This document shows, one piece after another, positions 1 to 13,600 of a stretch of DNA of 63,961 bases. Both the position numbers and the translations under genes were made by a program. Below the pieces are notes generated by a model, which was given only the letters and a program-made list of their open reading frames with translations, ran no database searches and was not told the origin of the DNA. This DNA comes from Guillardia theta CCMP2712 (Eukaryota; Protista; Cryptophyta), in NCBI RefSeq assembly GCF_000315625.1, contig NW_005434654.1, positions 618,632 to 682,592 on the forward strand, written 5' to 3'. Position 1 is the first letter of the stretch, and every line of letters begins with the position of its first letter.

Positions 1-1610
1 CCCTCCTCAAGCCACACCGTGATGCCATGGGCTGTCGCAGGGAAGGGAATGCGATTAAGGAAGGAGATTCAACCTTTCTATCTGGGAGGAGGAACAGCCA
101 AACTGTTGACGAACGCGAGGTGAGGCGAGGAGGCTTCCTCCATGCTCTCATGAGCTTCATCAGCAAGAAACTAGCCAACACGCATGGACCGGATCCGGTT
201 GAAGCAGAAAAATGGTTCGAGCAGTCGGCAACATCTGGGTACGCAAAGGTGATGTGCTCTAAGATTGTATCCACGATGACAAGTGATTGCAGTCTCTGTA
301 CAATCTCTGCAACATCAGACGTAAGGCAGACAAGCAAGTCATTCAGGGAAGCACTTTGCGCTTGTTGATTCTGGCAGCAAAGAACGACTACCCTCGGGCC
401 CAGGTCTCCTCCCCCTCTGCTACTTCCTGACTGATCCAACGCTCTTGTTCCTCGTGCAGTATGCTCTCTCGAGATTGATATGCCGATTTGTTTCGTCGAA
501 TAAGCCGCTATCATCGGTCACATCAAGTCCAGACCTCCATCTGAATCGAAGACTTTTCAACACTAGCGTCATCCTCCTATGCAGGTCGGCTGCCCAGGTA
601 GAAGAACAAGCTGCTGAGACAGGGGGCTCTGAATGTGTGCAGGGATATCCCAAGGCTCTCTACACTCTCGGGCTCCGCTATCAATGGATGCGAGGGGTGA
701 GCAGAAGCGTCTTGAGCAGACGCTCTTGTTGACGTGGAGGGTTGGCCTGCTGCAGAACGACACTGCCAACCTCGTGAGAGCGATGAGATGTTTCAATGCA
801 GCTCATCGTCATGGATATGCCAAGGTCTGACATGTCGCATGAGCCTCCATGACATGACGCGCAGGCCCTCCAGCGCTGGAAAGACTGCAACCAAACCTAC
901 TTCCTCCTGACTGAACCTGAGCGGATGGAGCGCGAGAGGGTCAGCCCGCGCAAGTCTTCAGCGTGTTGACCTTGACGCATGAGTGGTAGAGAGAGCGAAG
1001 GCGTTTGAAGAGGCAGGAAGAGGAAGCGGAGCTGAACATTCGGTGAGCTGGTCCATCAGTCTTGAAGATGCTCACCGTCATGGTCCTGGTAGGAACGAGA
1101 TCGCCAAGATCGTGAAGCCCTTGCACGACGACGTCCAAGACCGAGCTCGCTGGTTGTGTTGGATTTGTGCGAGCTCAGCTTACGATCATGCAGCGTTCAA
1201 ATCCTGCAGGAGACCTGGGAGGTTGTCAAGCAGAGGCACCAACGAGCGGAGAATGATCAGATCTTCAAGAAGTTCACAGAGGAGATACAAGGAGACAGAC
1301 CCCGCAACTTCGACTTGGACGAGGTGCAGAACGCAAACCCGCTGCAAGAGGTCATGCAAGAGTTCGAGGAGCGGGAGGAGCGGGAGGAGCAGCATGCCTT
1401 TATCGTGTCCCCAAACAAAATCTTCGAAGAGGAGATGAAGAAGCTAGGTTCAAAGATACTGGCGGATGTGCAGGACAGGTAGAGCTTGTATGGACTTGTC
1501 TCGTTTGCTGATCTCTTTTCAGGCAGGAAGTGGACAAATCGACGCTGGCAGAGAGGGAAAAAGAGCGAGAGAAGCGTCTCGAGTATCAGGATGTGGATGC
1601 CTTGGACTAG
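1..1610 (+). CDS. Sel1-like repeat protein, multi-exon, 5'-truncated by the window edge
   Basis: Sel1-type segments EAEKWFEQSATSGYAK, QGYPKALYTLGLRY and LVRAMRCFNAAHRHGYAK lie in successive short exons separated by GT..AG introns. The acidic tail ends EYQDVDALD-TAG at 1608-1610. Confidence 0.7.
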
Positions 1611-1654
1611 ATGTACATTCATAACAAATAAACAAACATGCGCTACCATTCGCC

Positions 1655-4600
1655 TCAACACACCTTGGGGAGTATGCAGATGGCCTGTCCTTCCACGAGT
1701 CTGTCCGTGCTCGACAGCGACACGTTGACAGCAAGGTCGGGGTTCCAGAAGACCAAGTCGTCGATGGTGACCATGAACTTGGCGGACAGAGACTGGAGGG
1801 TGTCGCTTGCCAGAGCTTTGTAGACTTGCCCGAGCAGGAGCTCTGTTCCGACTCCGGGGAGTGCCGGGTGAACCAGCTGCTCGTTGCCGCTCCAGAGGTT
1901 CAGCCATGTCGTCCGCCACACGTGGGAGATGTCGTAGAGAGACTCGCCCTCCTGCACATCAAAGGTCAACACACCAGCAGCAGGTGCTCATGAGCCTTAC
2001 CTGGATGCAGTACTTGCAGCGGCTGACAGATATGCGCAGGCAGAAGTCGCTTCCTCCCAGCAGCCCGTACCCTCCAGTCGTTGAGATGCCCGAGGAATCT
2101 GTAAGGATGAAGCAGAAGTCGTACTTGAGCGAATCCTGCCCCCTCGCTGGCTTCCACAGCAAGTTTCTCTCCACCGGGTTCGCCCACACCATGTCGGACC
2201 CTAGGAACTCAGCGCCGGGCGGCAGCCCCTGCAAGGTCAGCGAAGTTCCCGCGGCGGAGGTGATGATAGTGAGTTGATGCTTCATCCTCAGCTCGTAGCC
2301 GAGGATCGACGCTTCTGCGGGTGAGATCCCCGCGCTCGTTCCGTCTGCGCCCGCTATGGTCACGGCAAGGCTGCATCCTGCCGTTGCCAGGAACTCTCCC
2401 TTCACATGCGCAGGAAGCGCGCTGGCGAGCGGCAGGGCACCGGCGAGTGGCAGGAAGGAAGGGCTCGGGCTCGCAATGCGGAGGAGGATACAGAGCCTGG
2501 AGGAGGTCAGACCCTGCGAGTCTCGAGCGAGGAAGCAGCTGGTGATCATCTTGCCAGAGTCGCTGACCTTGGGAAGGAAGGAATAGCGGAACAGCACGGG
2601 GTTTGCCCCATGGAGGAGGAGGAGGCTGCCGAGGCAGCCCTCGCTGTTATCCATCACTACCTCTAGAGTCTGGTTGATATCCATGTCCTGCGCTGTCAAG
2701 TTCCTGCTGAAGACGACTCCGATGAAGGCGTCGTAGGTGACGGCAGCATCGAAGGAGGGGATCAGAACAGGCAGGTAGCCCATGTACTGATCGACAGTTG
2801 CTGGCTCGCTGACAAATTGCTCTCCTCCCTCCAGGAGATTCTTCTTCGTCGTGACGGTCACGGAGACCTCGTAAGTCTCTCCGCGTTGCAGCGAGGAAAT
2901 CGTCACGTTGAGCACCTCCCGCCCCACTGTCGTATCGAACAAGACGGTCGCGTCTGCTCGCTTGCACTTGACGTTGTACCCGAGGATCGGCACTCCATCT
3001 CTCGTTCCATCCCCGACATCAATAGGAGGCAGCCAGCTCACGAAGAACAGGTCGTTGCTGACGATGACGACAGCGAGAGAGAAGGGAGGAGCCGGGCGAG
3101 ACACGAGCCTGTAGGAGATCTGAGCGACCGGCATGTCCAGCTTGGAAGGAACATTCTGAGTGAGCAGCTGGATGAAGAGGAAGGCCCCGCGGACCAAGGT
3201 GCTGTTCGGGAAGCTGTACTCACCCGTGCTGGTGAAGGGAGATGTCACGGGAGGAGCGACGATGCTGAGGTAGTTGACAACCACCCTAGAGTTCTCGTCA
3301 GGAGCTGCTGTCCAGCTGAGCTTCATGGTCGGCGGGTTGTTGCAAGGAGCGACACACTCGACTTTGAAGGAGAGAGAGTTTGCGGTGGCCGTGGGGTAGA
3401 TAGTCTGCGTGACTGGACCTGACGGAGAGAACATGTTGCCCGGAGCGGCGAATTGCGATCGCACCTCGAAGGTGTATCCTCGGCCCGAAGTCAAGTTGGT
3501 GATCAAGTAGCTGAGTTTCGTGCCCGGCAAAGAGGACCCAAGTCGATCCTGCGAGACGTAGGAGGACAGAGAGGTGACAAAGGTCAGGGCCGCCATGTCG
3601 ACGTTGTACATTTCACCACAAGTGCGGTTGTCGACGCAGCGCTGGATGACTCGGTAGGAAGGAGGTTGGAGGCCAAGGGAGGGCGAGTACCAGGAGATGA
3701 AAGCAGAACTTTCGTCCACATGCTCGACTGTGAGGTTGGCAGCACTTGCGATAGGAGCTGAGAAAAGCGACAAGGAGTCAGACGAGCAGGCCGGTTGAGT
3801 CGCATACACAGAGCGCGAGCACACACTGATGTTGTAGAGAACCTTTGGGTCTAACGCCGTCAGTGTTGCTGTCGTTGACTGCGATGAGATGGTCATCGAA
3901 GAGATGAAGACTTCTGTGCCGTTGGGGTAGGCGAACGGAGAGTACTCGATGAGGTAGGTCGACGGGGCTGGTCCTGTCGGGGGATTCTGCCATTTCACGA
4001 CAATCTGATAGGCCATCGTTTGCACTACGAGGAAGTCTGCTGGACCTCCGACGTCGATGACAAACGGCTTCGACAGTGCGATGAAGGGATACGAGGAGAC
4101 GGAAGCAACGAGCCTGCTGGAGGAGCAGGGATAGTTGATGCTTGACGTCCACGTGTAGGCTATGGACGAGGATTGCTGCACATCTCCGACTATCACACTT
4201 TGTTGGCAGCTGCTCTGCAACCAGTAGGAAATTTTGGCAGACGGCAAGATCACTCGATTTCCTCCAGCATCCACCAACTTCACGCTCGGGAAGGTCGACA
4301 GCGCTGTTCCTGCTGGTCGCTTGCTGGGGATTCCATCAAAGATCAAAGCAGCTGGCTGTCCAGTGGAGACTGCAAAGGTGGAAGAGGAGACTGAAATGTT
4401 TATAGCAACTCCGTCCTGGTACACGCGAAAGGTGAGGGTGTAGCTACTCGCTTCCTTCATGGTCCTCAGGTCAGTGAATACGACTCTGCCAAGAGTCGCG
4501 ACCAGTGTCGTTGATCCCAACATCTCCACCTGCTGGCTGCCTGTCACGAGAACAGCAGTGACGGTGAACTTGTTCGATCCTAGAACAGCATTTCCTCCTG

Positions 4601-7600
4601 CATCAACCAGCTGTACCGATGGTTGTGCACTGAAAACCACACCAGCTTGCTGCGACACGGCAGGTTGATCTTGCAGCACAAGTGCTGCAGGAGGACCCTC
4701 TGTGACTGTGACGCTCCCAGTTGACGAGCAGCACGAGGTTGAGCAGTCCAACGGGAACCTGACAGACGAGCAGGCGACGCTGACAGGGAGAAGGCGGAAG
4801 AGGATAGGGATCTTCGCCCCTGTCCTTGCGATCACCAAATCTGTGAAGTCCGCCACTCCGTTGAGGGTTGAGATAACCTTGTTTCCTCTGAGCGAGCAGT
4901 TGGTTGGCGTTGTATCGCATTGACAGCAGAAGCCTATCTCCATCTGCACCGACGCCTCGTTCACCCAGTTCCCGCCAGCATCTGTGACTGCAGCCAGCGG
5001 CTGTACGACGAGAGGAACGCCCGCGGAATTGTTGAGCGGGGCCTGAAGGAGGCGAACCTTGCTGGAAGGACCGACGGCAACATTGAAGGGCTTTGAGAGG
5101 ATCGATGTGTTGAACAAGGAGCCGGAGAAAGAGATCTGGTATCCCATGCCAGCCCTGTCGATTGCCATGTTCGTGAAGGCACAGGTTCCGTTCGCACTGA
5201 CGCTGCAGTCGCGATTCCCCAAGAGTTGAGACTGACCTGCTCCTATCAGATCTGCTCGTACAGTCGCTGCCTGCTGCACTCCGACGGCGTTCCCTCCAAA
5301 ATCGACAGCCTGCAGGACTGGCTGGGGGACAAAGGCTGACCCGCCGAGATTGATGGAGCCGGTTTGATCGGGGCCTCGGACCAGCTGAAAGCCGACAGCT
5401 CGTCCGAGCGAGACGTTAAGAAGGAGCGATCTCGACCAGAAGCACGGCTCAAACAGGCCCTGCAAGCAAACAACGACCTTGAGCGGGTACGCACCGACGT
5501 TCTTCTTGATGCTGAGACTCAACGACGATTGTCCGCAAGAATGATTTTTGGGAATTCCTGAGAAGTCAAAATTCTGCACGTCAACAACGCTGGTTGACGC
5601 CATTGGGTCAAAGTAGACCATCTGAGCGAAAGTGACTTGACCGCAGAAAACTTTTGCTGCCGCATCTGTGATGGAAGTGACAACCTCCACGGGATCGCCA
5701 GCCGGAAACCCTGATCGCGAAAGACCCAGATCGACCTGTGAGACATAGTCGGACACGTAGATCTGATTTGACTCGACGTCGAACAGTTTGCTGCACGTCT
5801 GACAAGACTGAGCTGACGCAATGAAAGTGACAGGAGAAGTCGTCGAGGAAGCCCTTGCTGCCTGCAGGTTGACGCTCTTCAGATCTTGCGATGGAAGGAA
5901 GAACAGGGACGTGGTGTCCCCGGTGAACTTGAAGTTTGTGTTGGAGGAGCTCAAGAATAGTTTCACGACCCCTCGGAAGATGTTGACCTGGTTCCCCAGA
6001 CTGTCTTTCAACTGCAACCTTGGAGGCGCGTCCAAGTAGAAGTTCTTCTTGTTGGAGAGGTCTTGAGATGCGTACTTTGCTATGGCTGTGACGGGCGAGG
6101 CAGAGAAAGAAATGCTGGCGGGCACGGATGAAGCATACGCCTCGACGGTGACAGCAGCCGGTGATGCGATGGCGCCTGAGCTTGCGGGAAGGAAGCGGAT
6201 GTGATAGACGCCGGGAGACGAGAAGGACATTCCTACGAAAGACAGCGAACCTTTTTCCATAGGCTGAGCACTGAACGTGAATGGCTTTGAGTTTGCAAGG
6301 ATGTCAACTACGTCAGCATGTATCAAAATGCTGTCGTTCACAGGATTCCCATAGGCATCCGTCAGGTAGAGTTGTGAGCTAAATTCATCATGTTGTACAA
6401 CTCGGGATGGAGGAGGAGTTTGAAAATGTAAGCAGCAGGGCACTTGGGGAAGGACGGTCAAGTTCAAAGTTGGGCTCTGATACAAGATTCCAGAACAAGA
6501 CAGAGTGAAGCGAATGTCATACGTCCCGATGAGAAGAACTCGCAAAGAATTGCACGGAAACTGCCCATCAAGAGAGCTGCATCCCCCTAGGGAATGACTC
6601 TGGGCATCAACCAAAAGTCCACCTCTCCTCACGGTGTAGAACATGGACGAGCACACGGGAGATTGACTCCTTCCCATCGTGTCAATGAACTTCAGGATAG
6701 AGCTGATGTTCAAAGATTCGTTTGCCGCAACTTTCTGTCCGCTCGATTGCAGAACAAGAGACATCGCGTTCTCCTCAGGTAGACCGCAAGGAGCATAACT
6801 TGTAGTGCTTGCAGTGCAGGCAGCAGATGAGAAGGATGAGATGACGGCAAAGGCTCGAGAAGTAGCTGACGTCAACCCCGGACTGCTCAAACGAAGGCGG
6901 AAGAAGGCCCCCGCTACCTTGAAGATGACGTCATCAAAGAAAGCTCTGCCATCATGAACGTTTTGCTGCAAGACACCATCAAGAACGCTGCTGGCACTCT
7001 GAAAGGGAGACAAAGCGAGAGCAGCCGTGACAGTGAAGGATACGTTACTTGGCACAAAGTTCCCACCCTTGTCGTGAGTTGTTACCAGGAATGAAGCAGG
7101 TCGGTTGGCAACGAGGAAGAGGGGCTGCTGAGAGACCTTCAGGTTGTCTGGAGCCCCGATGGAGACGTTGAAGAAGCTGCTGGAGGCTGAAGGAAGTCCA
7201 GCAGAGGCGAAGAGAAGTTTGTACGATGTTGCAGCCTTGTCCACTAGAAGATCTGTAAAGACGATTCGGCCCGCTGCTGCCTTGACACGGTTTCCTGTCA
7301 GCGACGAGAGTGCTGGGCTGAACTCAAGGCCGGACGACGAGGAGTATTGAGCCGCATCAACATCCAAGGAAACAGAAACTGTGTATGCCGTGGAAACCTC
7401 ATTCCCTGCCGCGTCCATGACCTGGAAGAAGGGTGAAGGTGTCACAAAGGAAAAAAGCAAGCTGTTTGAAACTTACCCTGAGGATGGGCTGCCAGGAGAA
7501 GGCAACTCCGGCTTGATTGTCGGATATTGCTGGACTTTGATCAATGACGAGCTGGTGTCCTTGCCCAGGTATGACCGTCAAAAGAAAAAACTTGCTGTAG

Positions 7601-10600
7601 CTCAACTGATCTTGGACAAGTAGCGAAAATGTGAGGTTGAAATTTCCAACTTGCATGACAGACAAGTTGTTGAACAAAAAAACAGCTGAAGCATTGATTT
7701 CTTTCACCCCATAGAGATTCGTGGGAGTGTTGCCCAGGGCCACGCGCATAGAGGTGTTCTTGGAGTAAGACACCTTTCGATCTGAATCAAGAGCGAGAAA
7801 TTCTAGTGAGTAGTTAGTGCCAGCCGTCCAGGTCAAATTCAAATCTGAGAAGAGAGGCATAAATTCTACAGTTCGACTACTGACAGCGAAGGCAGCCGAA
7901 GTCGCCGTGATCATCCTGGAATCCACGGCCATAGAGAAGACAAGAAAGAAATCAGACCCTGAGGTATTCACCGACAGATCATGGAAGGTCAGGAGAGAAC
8001 TCTGACAAGTAGCTTGCAAGCTGCGAGTACCATCCAATCTGTAATACCCGGTCGACAACGAGGAAAGGTTCACATTCAGAAACGAATGACTGTAATCATA
8101 TGCAGGGTTGCATTCAACATCGTTTCCGTGAGCGTCCAAAAGAGAAACTTGAGGGAACGGTTCGATGACGACACTCACTGTCGAGTTTGCCGGTTGATTC
8201 ACAATCACAAGCTGCCCTATCTTACCAGCAAAGACTTGAAGAGGACCAACTGTTCTCTCAACATATTTGCCGTTCCAGGACAGAGTGAAGGTCATGTTCC
8301 AACTTCCACGCTTCTGGAGAACAACATCATTCACAATCAAACTCTCACTCGAAATTAGCAGACTTCTAAACGATACACACGCTGTGCAATTCTGCACTTG
8401 CAGTCCGAGCTTGATATCTTTGCCCGTTAACGATACCACTGAGCCCGAAGTATCTTTCCCTTGAACAGAAAAGTTCTTGGTGTCTCCTGCGCTCAAACTA
8501 GATTCGATCCCGTGAACCTCTAACACATCTGGAAACTCACTTGCGAAAGAAAAATTAGGGAGGAGGACAGGAGGGATAACCAAGTAGCGGGACGAGACGT
8601 TATATTGAAATATGAGGGACAAATTTGACCCCTGCCCTGTCGTCCCAACATCCGTGAAGGAAGCCAACCCTTGAATGACTGGGACTGAAAGAGTTCCATG
8701 GAGCTCAAGCGTGTCGTTACCGTTCGCCTTGCCAAGGGAGAGCGTAACCCTCCCGACATTCCAGAGGACAGGAGACAGACTCGAGTCGAGCAACTGAACT
8801 TGCGGTTGGGAGGGCAGCAGGGCGAGCGATGAATTGAAGGCGGAGACATGCAGGGGAAGGTCGGAGACTTGCAAGAGTGACGGCAAGCCTGTCATCTTGA
8901 TCATCCTCGACGTGACCGCAAAAGCTTGTCCGAAGATGCTCGGCTCTGCTACCCGAGCGCTGATAGTGAGATCTCCAGGCTGCCCTGCAGGAACTTTGCA
9001 ACCTGAGAAAGTTACATGCCCATCGTTCTGCGCTGCATATGCGTAGCAACCAGTCGAATCACAGTCACTGCAGGAGAGCGAGTAGGGGGAGGAAGTGATC
9101 TTGATCCAAGGAGTCCCGCGCACAGGATTGCCTCCGAGGTCGAGAAGGAGCAATTGAAGTGAAGGGCTGAACTCCTCGTTGAAGATGGCAGAGATCGGCT
9201 GTTGCGTGAAGACTATCTGGGCGATCGGCCCAACGCTGACTTGGAAAGGAAGGCTGTCAACATGAAATGTACCGTTAAACCAGAAACGAAGACTGAAGTT
9301 CCCAACTTGATTCACGCGCAAATTCGTGAAGAGCGCAATCCCGTCTTGAATGTTGATATTTGTAGTGCCAAGAAGAGCTTCGGTCGTATTGGCAGCAGAG
9401 ATGTCGTTGTGCGACAGAAGGACTGCCATGAGCATCTGGGAAGCATTCAATCTCACGGAGTTGTTTCCTGCATCCTTGACATACAACTTAGGCTGATGAG
9501 GAAATGGAAGACCAGAGAGAATCATGGTAGACGCAGGTTCATGATAGACATCCATCTGTAACTTCGCAGCACTTCCTGGATACACATAGATCTGCTTGAA
9601 GAGGGAGAAAGTGAGAGCAGTGGTGGAGACCAAGAAAGTGACGTTGCAATAGCCCGTCTGAGATATCAGTGTCAAGTCAGACAAGGTAGCAACCCCTTGA
9701 TCCGTTTTCGAGTTGATATCATGCATTAGATGACAGCCAAGAGCGTTGTCTTGAACGAAAGCGCTGACATTCGCCTCATGCATGCTGCTCCTGACGATGA
9801 AGCCGCACTTGTCAACGACAGCGATCTTCACATGAGGAACCGAGATCAAGCCGCATCCGATGTAGGGAGGCGGACTGACAAGAAAATCAGAGGCTGAGGG
9901 AGGAAAAGAGACGATGAAAGGCAGGGAGTTGGTACTGAATTCTCCAGAATCTGCGGCGAACTGTAAGATGTGAGACTGCAACACGTTGCTGCAGATGTCG
10001 TCGGTCAACGTTATGACGATCTGTGAGAACTTGGCAAGACCTTGTGAGGTAGTGGCGTTGAGGACGCCTGAGATTGATCCCGAGCCGGACGAGACGCTAA
10101 CTCTTACTATGAACTGTGAGTTGGTCACGAGATAATTCCCGCCAGAGTCCAGCAGCATAAGAGCTATGTCTCCCAGCACGTCTCCACTGACTGAGTCTTG
10201 TGGATGGTTGACCAGTCTCAGCTCAGATGCACTGCCGACTTTGAGTTGGAAGTAGTCAGTGTAGATGGTCGAGATGACAAAAGTGTTCGACGGAAAGGTG
10301 GTTGTGATCGCCAGACGGAACAAACTTGGAGCTTGATTGATCCGCAAGTTGTCTGAGGTGAACAACCCTTGCGAGTAGCTCAAGCTGCAGCTCAGGAAGC
10401 AACTCTGACCCTGGAGGATGAGATTCTCGTTCGAAACGAAATCCTCATCAACTTGAACTTTCACTGTTGGATTGCTGGTGAAGGATGTTATTGGATTCCC
10501 CCCCTTGTCACAAACTTGCGTTGAGACTGTGAATGGCAAACCTGCATAGAAATCGCTACCTGAGGGCGCGAAGCTTGTGATCTTGAGCTGGTAAGGATCT

Positions 10601-13600
10601 CCAGTGTTGACCTGGACAGTGATATTCGTCGAAAGCGCAAGACTAGCACCAGTTGGCATCGAGTCAACTGAAAATGAGAACGAGACAACGTACGGCGATA
10701 TGCATTGTTTGTCAATGGCGAGGTCCGTGAAGTTTGCTATTCCATTGTAGAACAACACAGAAGCATTCCCCAGCAGTTTAGCACTTTGACAGTCTGTTGG
10801 TCGACTGACGATCTCCACAAAGGCCGATCCTCCATTGAACGGGGTGAGAATGTAATTTTCCACATTGAGAAGTGCAAAACTAGGTTGTAAGGGCCATGCC
10901 TTTCCACCATAACAATCAACATGGTTCAGATTGCTGCTGATGCTGTTCACTTCGGATTTCAGTACGAGAAATGTGTCACTTTCAACCGATATCTGAGATC
11001 TGTCACTTTTCGTCGCTTCAAACTTGAGCTTTTGGCTAACGCTGCCAGTGCAGCTCGTACAGTCAAACCTGACAGAACTCCAGCGGGAAACTCCATCAAC
11101 TCCACTCGTTGAGCATCCTGCAGTGAGGGACTCGCAGAGCTTGTCGTTCCAGTAGAACTTCGCGATTGAATTCATGATGTCAACATTATACATTGATACC
11201 TAAAAAGTCAGAATCAGCGGTCTCAAAAATCTCGTTTGCGAGGCAATCATAGGAATTGGAGGAGAAAACACAACTTACCAGGGAGTTGTCATTGGCGACA
11301 ATGTTTCCTCCAATGTCTCGAATAGCCACTATTGGTACTTGCTTGCAAGCAAAGTTGAGCATGCAACCGGAAGGCTGCTGCAAGATGATCAGTTCATTCA
11401 TGACTCCTATCAACACGTCGAAGGTGTTTGTGTACAGCGGATTGATGGAAGGAAGAGACACGACACCTGCATCTGTGCGCACCAGTGAAAGCTTCAAGTA
11501 AAGGTCAAACCCAGTGCCTTGAATCACAAAACCGTTGCAGTCGAATTTCTCTCCAACAAATGTGCTTGTCACGATCGAGAGCGATGAAGTAGTGGATGTC
11601 TTCAATTTGATTTGGCTCAAATTCATCTCCAACGCCAACAGCGTTACTTGTACTCCGTAGTCACCCATGGTGGATATTAGGTTCCCCCCGGCATCGAACA
11701 TCTGGACCGCAGGGTACACTGACGGGTTGACGCCGGAGATGAGCTGTGTGAGATCGAAGAGTCTGGTGGTGTCAAATCGAATCTCCGACGGCTGCCCCAC
11801 TGTGATCTGCAGATTTGTCACTACCGTAAACTTGGAGCTCATCAGACAGTTGATTGAGGACAGGGGGTATGTGCTCTCGTACAGGTAGAAGCTCAGTTGC
11901 TGGGTACCCACTCTAGTGAGGCTCAGGTCTGTGAACTGAGCTGTTCCTAGTTGAAAGATCGCAGTGGTGTTCCCCTTGAGCAAGGTTTGATCCGTGAGGT
12001 TTGCACAGACGTACCCGACGAAGGCAAAGCATCTCTGTCCGCCTGCATCGGAAACCCCGATGAGGGGCTGGACTGCAAGAGGAAGACTGGCAACGGCTGT
12101 CGTAGACTGAGAGACAGAGCTCGCCTGGGCAGGCAACCCTGAGACAGCAAATGAGGTCGACACGACGCTGCGTCTGCATCCTGACTCTGTCGAAAACTTT
12201 ATGACGGCAGACGAGTCCGAGTCGTTGAATCGCAAAGACCGGAAGATAGCCTGTCCATCCGCGAGGGGAACAGCAGAGGTGTCTTGCAAGAGAGACCTAG
12301 AGTTCTGACCGCTGTATTTGGAGGGCACAACATCGATTGTTAGGTCAAAGATCTGATTGTTCGCACGGTCCTGAGCGATGACAATGACAGGCTGATGGAA
12401 AGTTTGCATGACGAAACAGTTGCTGGGCTGCTGAAGCACTGCAAGGTGGTCGAAACCTCCGGGAACAATTGTCAGTGAGAAGATCGTGACATTGCTTGCC
12501 TCATGCCAAGAAAGATACAAAGAGAAGTTGAGAAGATACACTCCAGCTCGTGGAAGGTCTAAGGTAAAGGAAGCTGCCCCAGATAGCAACTGCTGCGAGA
12601 AGGTTTGAGAGAGCACTTCACTGCCACGAGATATGCTCAAGTTGACCCAGGCGGAGGAAAAGTTGGTTGTATGATTGAACTGATCTCGAGCATACACAAC
12701 AAAAGGATCCAATGGCATGTCGTCGCTTGTCCAGAGGGAGTGATGGGGAGCAAGGAGCAGTGATTTAGGTGAATCATGGACGACATCGAAGACGATAGAG
12801 CAGACAGAATTCGAAAGCTTGAACCGGTCAATTACGAGAGTTTTGTCTATTGCCTCGAAACAAACTTTCAGTCGACAACCATAGAAGGTATTGAACGAAT
12901 TGCTCTTGAAGTCGACCACACCTGACCCATTGGATGCTTGAGCGACCTCCAGTGAAGCAAGTGGATCATGGAGGAAGACGCAAGTTGGATCGCTGGCTCC
13001 CATCGCTACAGTCTTCATGAGCATTTCAACTCCAGGAAGAGGCAGAGCGTTTGCATCTGAGAGTTGTAAGGTAAAATCTATCAGTGCCGTGAGTGCAACT
13101 CTCGGTTGCAGAGTAGTCTGCAAATCCATTTTCACCACAGGTCCAAACACTGCAAACCCGTCACTCAGAATTGAATCCAGCCCAAGCGCATCCAACGAGA
13201 ATTGTAAGGAATAGAACAAAGCAGGACGATCAAAGGATATCTTATCGAAGATAGCTTTCCCCTGGTTCAATTGCACCAGGCATGGACATTGAACTCCATT
13301 TAGACGAAGAATACTCGTGTTTGTTGAAGAAGCAGCAATTTGCATTTTCACAGGAAGAAAGGAAAATCCTCCTTGCAGGTTGTTGAATTGAAATCCTCCT
13401 GCATCCTGAAGCTCGACCACAGGTCCTTGAGGACAGGGCATCGCAGATCGACAAAGAGAAGGGGTTCGAGTAATCACAAGTCTTGGGCTGCTTTGGCGGA
13501 AAGACAAGAGGCTTGAGACAAGAGAGGTTAGTATCGATCCCGTCAAATTCATGTAGAAGTGAAGGAATGCAGATACGCCTCCTTCTATATGACTCGTTTT